Source: Candidatus Hydrogenedentota bacterium (lineage in GTDB: Bacteria > Hydrogenedentota > Hydrogenedentia > Hydrogenedentales > SLHB01). Taken from it: DNA of 18,623 nucleotides. Location: positions 1 to 18,623 of the forward strand of contig BTWA01000063.1 in assembly GCA_045863295.1 (NCBI GenBank). Reading direction: 5' to 3'. Shown piece by piece: positions 9,471 through 17,444 of the stretch. The stretch's first letter is position 1. Each line of letters opens with the position of its first letter. The notes beneath the pieces were generated by a model, which was not told the origin of the DNA, did no database searches, and saw only the letters and a list, made by a program, of their open reading frames with translations. Position numbers and translations under genes: made by a program.

Positions 9471-9602
9471 GCGCTCAATTCGCCATTGAAAACTTTCCGT
9501 TCCCAAAACCCGCCGAAGGTGTATACTTAATTGTGAAGTGCATCACGATTGCGCGGAGCACAATCGGGAGCGCGAGGTCTCCAACCGGGGGGAAATGAGA
9601 CC

Positions 9603-11129
9603 ATGTGCTGCGGGTGTCATACCATCAATCGCCGGACCTTTATGGAAATCACGGCGGGTGCTGTTGCGGCGGCTGGGGTGTCCGGTGCAAACGGCCAAGA
9701 GTACGAGGAAGCGGCTTGGTCCGTTGACGTGTGGGATCCCACCCGGCCTTACACCATGCAAAGCAAGACACTGCGCGTGCAGCCCATCCTCATGTACCGG
9801 TTGCCCCAGCGCAAAGAGATGGCCTCGTGGAAATCATGGGGCGGCATTCAAGACGAAGCAGCCGTCGCGGACGAAATCAACCGCATCACCCAGGAACTCT
9901 CGGCCGTCCAGGCCCGGGCAGAGTTCCCCCTCGAAATCCTGCCCGTCCTTCGGGTGACATCGCCGGAAGAAGGCGCCAACGCCTCAAAGACCGCCGACGC
10001 GGTCATCGTCTACCCGGCGACGGGATCCGGCGACTTGCTGCTTTCCTGTGTGCCGCCCCACGGGGCCATAGTGTTTGTGAGGCACGAATCCGGGCCAGTC
10101 TACTACTGGTACGAGGCGCTCAGCACCCGCTATCTGCAATCGGAGCGCATGCCCGCCGGCGAATCCCGACCCCTCCACGTCGACGACGTGGTTGTCGACG
10201 ACCCGGATGAATTGCTGTGGCGTTTGCGCGGCTTGTACGGCGCGCACAACCTGTTAAATGCACGCGTCGTCGCATTGGGCGGTCCGTGGGGAAAGTACGC
10301 CGCCGAAGCGCCGGAGTTTGCCAAGCAGCGGTTCAATTTCGATATTGTCGACGTGAGTTACGATGTGCTCGCCGCGCGGCTCGAAAAGGCCATGTTGAGT
10401 CCCGCCGCGATGAAAGTCGCTGAACACTGGACAGACGCATATCTAAGCCTTCCCAGTACGACCCTGAATACAGAACGCTCCTTCGTCACCAACAGTTTTC
10501 TGCTGTATGTGCTGTTCAAAGAGATGATCACCGAACACAATGCGGACGCGTTTACCATTCGCGGATGCATGGGCACAGTGCTTCCCATGTCCAAGACCAC
10601 GGCGTGCCTCGCACTGGAAATCATGAACGATGAAGGCCTCGTTGCGTTCTGCGAATCCGATTTCGTGGTGATTCCCGCAGGCATCCTGCTGCATCACGTA
10701 TCGCGCAAACCCGTGTTCATGCACAACTCGACGTTTCCGCATAACGCCACCGTCACCTGCGCCCACTGCACAGGCCCGCGCCGCATGAACGCCGAGCGGT
10801 TCGAACCCGCCGATATCCTCACGCACTACGAATCCGAATACGGTGCGGCGCCCAAGGTTTCCATGCCCGCGGGCCAGGAAGTTTGCTTCATAAATCCTGA
10901 GTATGCGACCGGCCGTTGGGTAGGCATGAAAGGCAATGTGAAAAGCAATCCATTTCTGCCCATCTGCCGATCGCAACAGGATGTCGAAATCGCGGGAGAC
11001 TGGCGCCGGCTACGCCACGAAGTGCGCGACTCCCACTGGATGATGGTCTATGGCGACTACCTCAAAGAGGCCGGCTACGCCGCAAAACGCCTCGGCCTTC
11101 AATGGCACAACATCTCTTACGCGGTGTGA
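9603..11129 (+). CDS. Tat-signal protein with L-fucose/L-arabinose isomerase-like C-terminal region
   Basis: INRRTFM twin-arginine motif and Ala-rich h-region. Motifs ACLALEIMNDEGLVAFCESD, CAHC and SHWMMVYGD are typical of FucI-like proteins. Confidence 0.7.
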   Translation: MCCGCHTINRRTFMEITAGAVAAAGVSGANGQEYEEAAWSVDVWDPTRPYTMQSKTLRVQPILMYRLPQRKEMASWKSWGGIQDEAAVADEINRITQELSAVQARAEFPLEILPVLRVTSPEEGANASKTADAVIVYPATGSGDLLLSCVPPHGAIVFVRHESGPVYYWYEALSTRYLQSERMPAGESRPLHVDDVVVDDPDELLWRLRGLYGAHNLLNARVVALGGPWGKYAAEAPEFAKQRFNFDIVDVSYDVLAARLEKAMLSPAAMKVAEHWTDAYLSLPSTTLNTERSFVTNSFLLYVLFKEMITEHNADAFTIRGCMGTVLPMSKTTACLALEIMNDEGLVAFCESDFVVIPAGILLHHVSRKPVFMHNSTFPHNATVTCAHCTGPRRMNAERFEPADILTHYESEYGAAPKVSMPAGQEVCFINPEYATGRWVGMKGNVKSNPFLPICRSQQDVEIAGDWRRLRHEVRDSHWMMVYGDYLKEAGYAAKRLGLQWHNISYAV

Positions 11130-11218
11130 AGAATGGAGAGCGTTGACCGCGCGGAATTGAATCACCCGCTTCAGGAGTTACGAATCGCCCCCGGCCCCCG
11201 CCGGAGGCGATTCGTAGT
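10636..11218 (+). repeat. 583-bp direct repeat, copy 1
   Basis: Matches 16211-16793 (offset 5575). One mismatch seen by eye, G10646 vs T16221. Confidence 0.97.
11179..11216. terminator. Strong hairpin between convergent genes (probable bidirectional terminator), copy 1
   Basis: TACGAATCGCC-C-CCGG ... CCGG-A-GGCGATTCGTA. U-tracts are weak. Confidence 0.6.
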
Positions 11219-11253
11219 ACTTATTGCCTTGTCAAACGGTATTTACAGTCCCT

Positions 11254-12582
11254 TTACTTCTTCAGCGAGTACTCTTGAATCTTCTTGCGCAATGTCACCC
11301 GCGAAATTCCGAGGATCTCGGCAGATTTCATGATGTTCCAGCCGGTGTGCGCCAATACAAGCCCCACATGTTCACGCTCCACATCACGCAATGTCTTGAG
11401 CTCGCCAATCCTTGGCACAACTACAGTCGAAGCTTTCATCGCATCCGATATGTCTTCAATAGTAATTGTATCGTGCTTACAAACGAGTATTGATCGCGTC
11501 AAGATATTGACCATCTCTCGAACATTGCCAGGCCAATCATAAGACTGAAGCGTTTGAAGGGCGCCTTCCTCAATATGCGATACCCTTCCTTTCAGTTCCC
11601 GGTTCAGGCGATCTAGGAGTGTCTTCGCTAGCAGCGGAATATCCCCCCGGCGTTCCCTCAGGGGAGGCACATGAATCGTCGTGACCGCCAGGCGGTAATA
11701 TAGATCCTCGCGAAACGATCCCATAGCGGCCATTGTCGTCAAGTCCTGGTGGGTCGCGGCAATGACACGCGCGCGAAACGGGAGTGCTACAGTGCCACCG
11801 ACAGGCTCAAACTCCCTCTCCTGTAACACCCGCAGCAGTTTGGCTTGGAGGTCGAGCGGCATATCCCCGATTTCATCCAGAAACACGGTACCCTCACCTG
11901 CCACAGTCAGTTTGCCGGTTTTTTTGGTATCCGCGCCTGTGAATGAACCTTTGACATATCCAAAAAGCTCGCTTTCCAGCAATGTCGGCACAACTGCCGA
12001 ACAATTGATGGCGACAAAAGGAAACTTCGGACGCGACGACTCATGAATAGTTCGTGCCACCAGTTCTTTGCCGGTTCCGCTGTCACCAGTGATGAGTACG
12101 GGGATGGGATTGGCACTCAACAACGCTATTCGCTTTAAGATGTCGATCATTTTAGGATCCGCGCCAACGATCTCGTTCGGCTCAGCACGATCCTCGGAAG
12201 CCGTTGGCACCCGCTTCGCGGGTGTGTGCTCCAATTGACGAGAAACCTTCTCAAGACAAAGCAGGACGGAATCCCAATCCAGGGGTTTTCGAATATAGTC
12301 GAATGCGCCGATGCGAATCGCATCTATGGTCGCTTTGGCATCCTGAACGCCAGTGATCATGATGGACACCAAGCCCGGCTGACGATCGCGTAGTTTTCGT
12401 AGAACCTCTAAACCGGACATGTCGGGCAGTCGCAAATCGACAAAGGCAACTTCCGGTTCAACACCCATTTCCAACGCACTTCGACCGGTGTGAAAACACT
12501 GAATTGAATGTCCTTCCATCTCCAACTGCAATTGAAATGTCCTGCATAGGGCGATGTCGTCGTCAATAATGACAATGTTCAT
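11254..12582 (-). CDS. Sigma54-dependent response regulator (NtrC/AtoC/ZraR family: REC-AAA+-Fis HTH)
   Basis: IIDDD and FVDLRLP receiver motifs; GDSGTGKE; ESELFG..KGSFTGA; FLDEIG; FREDLYYRL; WPGNVRE; SAEILGISRVTLRKK. Confidence 0.96.
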   Translation of the reverse strand: MNIVIIDDDIALCRTFQLQLEMEGHSIQCFHTGRSALEMGVEPEVAFVDLRLPDMSGLEVLRKLRDRQPGLVSIMITGVQDAKATIDAIRIGAFDYIRKPLDWDSVLLCLEKVSRQLEHTPAKRVPTASEDRAEPNEIVGADPKMIDILKRIALLSANPIPVLITGDSGTGKELVARTIHESSRPKFPFVAINCSAVVPTLLESELFGYVKGSFTGADTKKTGKLTVAGEGTVFLDEIGDMPLDLQAKLLRVLQEREFEPVGGTVALPFRARVIAATHQDLTTMAAMGSFREDLYYRLAVTTIHVPPLRERRGDIPLLAKTLLDRLNRELKGRVSHIEEGALQTLQSYDWPGNVREMVNILTRSILVCKHDTITIEDISDAMKASTVVVPRIGELKTLRDVEREHVGLVLAHTGWNIMKSAEILGISRVTLRKKIQEYSLKK

Positions 12583-14417
12583 GACAGGCTCCGGGATCCA
12601 GGCCGGTACGATTTCAACTTGACAGAGGCCGGCTTGTCTGCGTCACCTTGAGCAATTGGAAGCGTTACAGTCACTTCGAGCCCGCCCTCGCTTCGGTTGG
12701 AAATGATCAGCGATCCACCGTGCAATTCGGCTATCTTCTTCACATTGGCAAGTCCCAGTCCGGTGCCCTTTAATTTGTTGGTGTAGAAGGGTTCAGAGGC
12801 ACGAGCTAGCCCTTCTTCGGTGAGTCCCGGCCCATTGTCAACGAAGTGTATGGCTGCATAACCCTGAACCGCCGAGTGCCGTTCCGCGCAAACACGAATC
12901 CACCCTGCGCCGTCAATAGCATCTGCGGCATTCTCCAGTATGTTCGAAAAAACGCGCCGCACTTGCTCCCGATCAATCATGAGAACGAGGCGCTCGTCAG
13001 GAGCGATCACCCGCAGCGTAATGCCCTTCGACGCAAGTACAGGCTCCAAAACACGGCAGGTTTCAGCCGCCAGTTCGTCGAACAAAACCGGTTCCAAAGT
13101 CAGTGCTAAGGGCCGGCTATAGTGAAGCATATCGGTCAGCATATTTTCGAGACGGTCCACTTGCTGCAAAACGATTTGACCCATTTCCCGGTAACGAACG
13201 TCACTTCCCGCAGCGCGTGCCAGCACCTGAGTATTTATCTTGATCGACGAAAGCGGATTTCTCATTTCGTGCACGATGCTCGCGGTTAGTTCCCCAACCG
13301 AAGCCAATGCTTCCGTTCGAACGAGTTCCATCTGCTTTGCCTTCAACGTATCCATCATAAGATTGAACGCCTGGCGAAACGTCTCGCCTTCAACTGTGTC
13401 CTGTCGCCTGAGACGCTCTCCATAGTGACCGCTCTGAATGCGCGAAGCTACCCAGACAAGCTCGTTCAGCGGACGCCCTACAAACCGGGACACGGCCCAG
13501 ACCGCGGCAAATACAAACGCCAATGTAATTGCGACCGTGGTTATGATGCGAATCACAAGGATCTGAAGCCATTTCATGGCTTCACTCCGATCCACCTGAA
13601 TGCCCAATAACCAACCGGCGGGCGACATTGGAGCGACCGCAACCATGACTTGTCTTCCGTCTGAATTTGTGGTCTCAACCACCTTTGGCGGCGATGCCTG
13701 GAGGCTGAGCAACCACGCCGATTCGTTGTCGTCATTTATTGCCGGGTTCTGAACGGCGGCGGCAGTTGTGGACGACATCAGCATTCCCTTGTCCCGTGCG
13801 AAGAGCATTACTTGTGCCGTTGTGTACAGGGCGCTAGGACTCTGCATCGCGGGACCAATCTCCGATGCCACATCGACAATTCCAACAAGAGAGGCGCCAT
13901 TCGGACGGTGTTCGGCCGTTCCAACGGCTGTAACCAAACAAAGCCTATATTCGCCGGAGTCGCCCATTCTCGTAAGTATCCAGAGCGACTGGTGATCTTT
14001 CGACGGGTGTTCCATGGGTCGAATGCTCGTTGCGAGATCGGGCGTGCCGTCAGTTATTCCAAGTACAGTGCCTCCGGAATCTACGACAGCCATGCCTAGA
14101 AAGCGGCTGTGATTGTCAATGTACCTTTCTAAAACGGCCGCGATTTCCTCTGGCCCCGCCGAGGCGACATCAACCGACCCGGCAAGGAGTGTCCCCAAGT
14201 GATTGAGTTCTTGCTCCATCGAATTCAAACGCGCCTCAATTTGGTCTCGACTGGATCGCAGCATTACAAGAAGATGTTCCTGGGAGAGATCCATGATAGC
14301 TTCCGACGCGCAATGGTAACCTTGCGTGGCGATAATGAGTAGAGGCAGGATTGAAACCATCAAGACGGCCGCGAGAATGCGTCCGCGCATCGTCCATCGG
14401 GGCTTGTACGATTCCAT
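12579..14417 (-). CDS. Membrane sensor histidine kinase (TM, large extracytoplasmic domain, TM, HAMP, HisKA, HATPase)
   Basis: Two hydrophobic helices, HEMRNPL, NILENA, DNGPG and GTGLGL. ATGA overlap with the response regulator. Confidence 0.95.
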   Translation of the reverse strand: MESYKPRWTMRGRILAAVLMVSILPLLIIATQGYHCASEAIMDLSQEHLLVMLRSSRDQIEARLNSMEQELNHLGTLLAGSVDVASAGPEEIAAVLERYIDNHSRFLGMAVVDSGGTVLGITDGTPDLATSIRPMEHPSKDHQSLWILTRMGDSGEYRLCLVTAVGTAEHRPNGASLVGIVDVASEIGPAMQSPSALYTTAQVMLFARDKGMLMSSTTAAAVQNPAINDDNESAWLLSLQASPPKVVETTNSDGRQVMVAVAPMSPAGWLLGIQVDRSEAMKWLQILVIRIITTVAITLAFVFAAVWAVSRFVGRPLNELVWVASRIQSGHYGERLRRQDTVEGETFRQAFNLMMDTLKAKQMELVRTEALASVGELTASIVHEMRNPLSSIKINTQVLARAAGSDVRYREMGQIVLQQVDRLENMLTDMLHYSRPLALTLEPVLFDELAAETCRVLEPVLASKGITLRVIAPDERLVLMIDREQVRRVFSNILENAADAIDGAGWIRVCAERHSAVQGYAAIHFVDNGPGLTEEGLARASEPFYTNKLKGTGLGLANVKKIAELHGGSLIISNRSEGGLEVTVTLPIAQGDADKPASVKLKSYRPGSRSLS

Positions 14418-14469
14418 TACCTCTTTCCCTTACTTTCTTCCCTTGTAGAATGGTACTAATTGTGAATTA

Positions 14470-14511
14470 AAAAGTACCGGCCCAAGCCAACGCGCAGTTG
14501 TCAGGGGCCGG
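14470..14511 (-). terminator. Imperfect hairpin plus U-tract after small secreted gene A
   Basis: CCGGCCC (14477-14483) pairs with GGGCCGG (14505-14511), with inner CAAC/GTTG; followed on the minus strand by TACTTTTT. Confidence 0.45.
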
Positions 14512-14528
14512 CCTTTCCAATCCGATAT

Positions 14529-14909
14529 CTAGTAGCGGTGCACATGCTTGATATGGTCGATAGTTCGCAGCCTCTGAACCGGATCTACAAACTGGCCGGA
14601 TCCCGCCCTCGACGCCCCCTCACTTGGCTGGGTAACAACACGTTTCACGAATCGGCCGTGCCGCTCATATTTGCCCAAGTCACCCTTGTCATAAGTCACC
14701 CGAGTCTGGGCGGGATACAAGACCAAATTCTGGTTATGTGACGATCGGGCGGGATCAGCGATCCGCTTCACAAATCGTCCATGGCGTTCATAGGTCACTC
14801 CGTTGGAGATGCTGTACACCGGGCCGGCACTCGCAACGCTTGAGAACAGCATGGTGGTCATTATTCCGAGTGTCAATCCGGAAATAAATACACGGCTCAA
14901 CATAAACAT
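14529..14909 (-). CDS. Small secreted protein A (126 aa), unknown family, internal YERHGRFVKR repeat
   Basis: RBS GGGAG 7 nt before ATG; signal peptide ending VASA; clear paralogy with 15315-15683. Confidence 0.85.
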   Translation of the reverse strand: MFMLSRVFISGLTLGIMTTMLFSSVASAGPVYSISNGVTYERHGRFVKRIADPARSSHNQNLVLYPAQTRVTYDKGDLGKYERHGRFVKRVVTQPSEGASRAGSGQFVDPVQRLRTIDHIKHVHRY

Positions 14910-15036
14910 AACCAAACTCCCTTCCCACGTGCCTGGCACGCTGTTTCCCCACCCTCTAGGTGGGCTTTTTCTTCCCGGTTGAACGTTTCCGGCTTTGCGG
15001 GGCCATGTGCCCTGCTGGAAGCCGCGACTGGTTCAA

Positions 15037-15053
15037 CGCATAGGGTGTGCCAA
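15037..15053 (-). promoter_or_regulatory. Sigma54 -24/-12 promoter of gene A
   Basis: TTGGCACACCCTATGCG, i.e. GG-N10-GC. Confidence 0.8.
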
Positions 15054-15080
15054 ATTTTGAAAAACCGCCATGTCATTCTC

Positions 15081-15093
15081 TATCAACGGATTA
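15081..15093 (+). promoter_or_regulatory. IHF consensus site
   Basis: TATCAACGGATTA is a perfect match to WATCAANNNNTTR and lies between the enhancer and the sigma54 promoter. Confidence 0.6.
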
Positions 15094-15127
15094 CGGACAG
15101 TGCTCGCGTTGCAGTTGTCAACTGGAG

Positions 15128-15168
15128 TGGATAGTGTCTTTCCACCCCTGGTGGAAAGAAATGGATAT
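15128..15168. promoter_or_regulatory. Putative tandem enhancer (UAS) for gene A
   Basis: TGGATAG-TGT-CTTTCCA (15128-15144) and half-site TGGAAAG-AAA-TGGATAT (15152-15168), 24-bp period. Confidence 0.6.
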
Positions 15169-15247
15169 TCCCAATTGAGGACTCTCATCGCTCGTCCCGT
15201 TGAAATGGCCCGGCCCAATAGGCCCATGAGCCTCTGCAATATCGGCA

Positions 15248-15300
15248 AACAAAGTAAAGTGCCAGCCCCGGGGTCGCAGACAACCACCGGGGCTGGCACT
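15248..15300 (-). terminator. Rho-independent terminator after small secreted gene B
   Basis: 14-bp perfect stem AGTGCCAGCCCCGG (15258-15271) / CCGGGGCTGGCACT (15287-15300), followed by TTACTTTGTTT on the minus strand. Confidence 0.75.
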
Positions 15301-15314
15301 CAGACTGCCGAAAC

Positions 15315-15683
15315 CTACGATCGGCGCACGTGTTTGATGACGCCGACTTTGCGCACAGCCAATTCCGGCGCGTTGAAACCGCCGGATCCCGCACGGGCCT
15401 TGACCGGAATATCAACGGTGCGGTGTACGAACCGGCCGAGGCGTTCGTATTTTCCCAAGTCGCCTTTGTCGTACGTCACTTTCAACTGAGCAGGAGCGGA
15501 AGACGCGTTTGCGGACGGCGCGGAAATCTCAACAGTCCGCTTCATCAGTCTTCCAGACCGTTCGAAGGTCACGCCACTGTCTGTTGTGTACGTTGGGGCG
15601 GCGAGTGCGACACCGGCCGGCACCATCGACGCTACCAATCCCATTGCGAGAGCTCTTACCGACATGCGCTTGAACGTAAACAT
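15315..15683 (-). CDS. Small secreted protein B (122 aa), paralog of A
   Basis: RBS AAGGAG 7 nt before ATG 15683; signal peptide ending VALA; shares VTYDKGDLGKYERxGRFV and IKHVxR with A. Confidence 0.87.
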   Translation of the reverse strand: MFTFKRMSVRALAMGLVASMVPAGVALAAPTYTTDSGVTFERSGRLMKRTVEISAPSANASSAPAQLKVTYDKGDLGKYERLGRFVHRTVDIPVKARAGSGGFNAPELAVRKVGVIKHVRRS

Positions 15684-15813
15684 AGCCAATCTCCTTTTCC
15701 GTACTCCGCTTTGAAAGCTCGATAGTACGCATTTTGCTATCACCTTTCCGGTGGATTCGCTGCTTGTCATTTCAACTGGTTCGCCGCGCCTTGCGGCTAC
15801 CTGGATTGATATG

Positions 15814-15830
15814 AGCATGGGGCATGCCAA
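15814..15830 (-). promoter_or_regulatory. Sigma54 -24/-12 promoter of gene B
   Basis: TTGGCATGCCCCATGCT, i.e. GG-N10-GC. Confidence 0.8.
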
Positions 15831-15906
15831 TTTGAATAGATTGCCGTTAAGTGCCATGAGAGCAAGTGATTGGGGAGGGTCAGCAATCCGGAGATATAAG
15901 CTTAAC

Positions 15907-15947
15907 GGAAAAGAAACTGACCACCCAGCATGGTAGCATTCTTTCCA
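15907..15947. promoter_or_regulatory. Putative tandem enhancer (UAS) for gene B
   Basis: GGAAAAG-AAA-CTGACCA (15907-15923) and TGGTAGC-ATT-CTTTCCA (15931-15947), 24-bp period, at nearly the same distance from the promoter as for gene A. Confidence 0.6.
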
Positions 15948-16061
15948 TCTGCGGCGGCATCGGGTATGCAGCCGCTGGCAGTAGCACAATCTCGATCGAA
16001 CGGGATGACAACACCCAGGCGACTACGACACCCATAACGATGGAAATCTCAAGAAACCTGC

Positions 16062-16210
16062 TTAATTCGATGGCCACTCCTCATCTTCGATGTCCGCCCA
16101 GGGGTCGTCACATGTGGGTTTGCCATCTTCATCCAGGCGTGTGAGTCCGTGATAGGTACTAGCCTTGTTCACTATGTATAGCGGTATCTGCCCGGTAAAC
16201 GGGTCGCCCA
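16062..16210 (-). pseudogene. Possible 3' remnant of a gene cut at the repeat junction
   Basis: Open frame GDPFTGQIPLYIVNKASTYHGLTRLDEDGKPTCDDPWADIEDEEWPSN-stop runs from the repeat boundary and has no start of its own. Confidence 0.35.
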
Positions 16211-16704
16211 GCCTCGTTGCTTTCTGCGAATCCGATTTCGTGGTGATTCCCGCAGGCATCCTGCTGCATCACGTATCGCGCAAACCCGTGTTCATGCACA
16301 ACTCGACGTTTCCGCATAACGCCACCGTCACCTGCGCCCACTGCACAGGCCCGCGCCGCATGAACGCCGAGCGGTTCGAACCCGCCGATATCCTCACGCA
16401 CTACGAATCCGAATACGGTGCGGCGCCCAAGGTTTCCATGCCCGCGGGCCAGGAAGTTTGCTTCATAAATCCTGAGTATGCGACCGGCCGTTGGGTAGGC
16501 ATGAAAGGCAATGTGAAAAGCAATCCATTTCTGCCCATCTGCCGATCGCAACAGGATGTCGAAATCGCGGGAGACTGGCGCCGGCTACGCCACGAAGTGC
16601 GCGACTCCCACTGGATGATGGTCTATGGCGACTACCTCAAAGAGGCCGGCTACGCCGCAAAACGCCTCGGCCTTCAATGGCACAACATCTCTTACGCGGT
16701 GTGA
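16211..16704 (+). pseudogene. 5'-truncated duplicate of the isomerase-like gene (C-terminal ~163 codons)
   Basis: LVAFCESD...NISYAV is identical to the end of 9603-11129; the Tat signal and N-terminal two thirds are missing. Confidence 0.85.
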
Positions 16705-16793
16705 AGAATGGAGAGCGTTGACCGCGCGGAATTGAATCACCCGCTTCAGGAGTTACGAATCGCCCCCGGCCCCCGCCGGAGGCGATTCGTAGT
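16211..16793 (+). repeat. 583-bp direct repeat, copy 2
   Basis: Matches 10636-11218 and includes the hairpin copy at 16754-16791. Confidence 0.97.
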
Positions 16794-16868
16794 CTTAACT
16801 GCAGTAGTCGAATTACTGAAACAAGGGATAAAGAGAGCGGAAACGACAATGAACCGGCAGACCCGGGC

Positions 16869-17444
16869 TCAGAAATTCCACATCACTTGGCCGCCGGAGT
16901 CGTCTTTGGCGGCAGGGTCAGAGACATGGGCGTCCTCGGGGATGTCGTCAGAAAATGAGGGTTCATCGGCAGCATCCGAGTACGGGGATTCGTCCGCCTC
17001 GATGGCAGTAGACGAGTTGATGGGACTCGTGGAAATGTCAACTTCCGCCGCAGTTTCCCAAGGAGCCGCATGGCCATTATCGCCCTCGCGCCCTTCGGCC
17101 GCAACGGATTCGTCGACGTCGGGTTCATCGCCTGTCTGCGGTGGGGCGGGTTCGGCAGGCACGGCGGTTACCACGGCATAATTGGATTCCGGCTCCGGTT
17201 GTCGAACTTCCCGTTTCGAGCGGGACTCCGAAACCCGGTCCAGGTAAAACACGTAGTCTACCGGCTCCCGAAGGATGCGGGAGATCTTAAGGCAGATCAG
17301 AATGGACGGGTTCAGCTTGCCCTTTTCAATCGCGATGATGGTCTGTCGGGTAACGTCGACTTCGCGCGCCAGGTCTGCCTGACGCAAACCCAAGCGTGAT
17401 CGCAAGTCCCTCACACGATTTCGTAGACTCAACCCCTCACTCAT
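16869..17444 (-). CDS. Xre/Cro-family helix-turn-helix regulator with long acidic C-terminal tail (start 17444 or 17462)
   Basis: LRNRVRDLRSRLGLRQADLAREVDVTRQTIIAIEKGKLNPS..VDYVF, followed by an E/D/P/S/A-rich tail. Confidence 0.9.
   Translation of the reverse strand: MSEGLSLRNRVRDLRSRLGLRQADLAREVDVTRQTIIAIEKGKLNPSILICLKISRILREPVDYVFYLDRVSESRSKREVRQPEPESNYAVVTAVPAEPAPPQTGDEPDVDESVAAEGREGDNGHAAPWETAAEVDISTSPINSSTAIEADESPYSDAADEPSFSDDIPEDAHVSDPAAKDDSGGQVMWNF

Noticed and set aside
11133..11333. ORFs starting MESVDRAEL in both repeat copies (also 16708-17181)
   Set aside because: They cross the terminator hairpin and run antisense into real genes; they are shared only because of the duplication.
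15684..15989. N-terminal extension giving a 224-aa version of protein B
   Set aside because: It runs through the sigma54 promoter and enhancer; the RBS, signal peptide and paralog alignment all point to ATG 15683.
15880..16077. 65-aa hydrophobic ORF
   Set aside because: The purine run abuts the GTG with no spacer, the ORF overlaps the predicted enhancer, and it has no recognisable motif.
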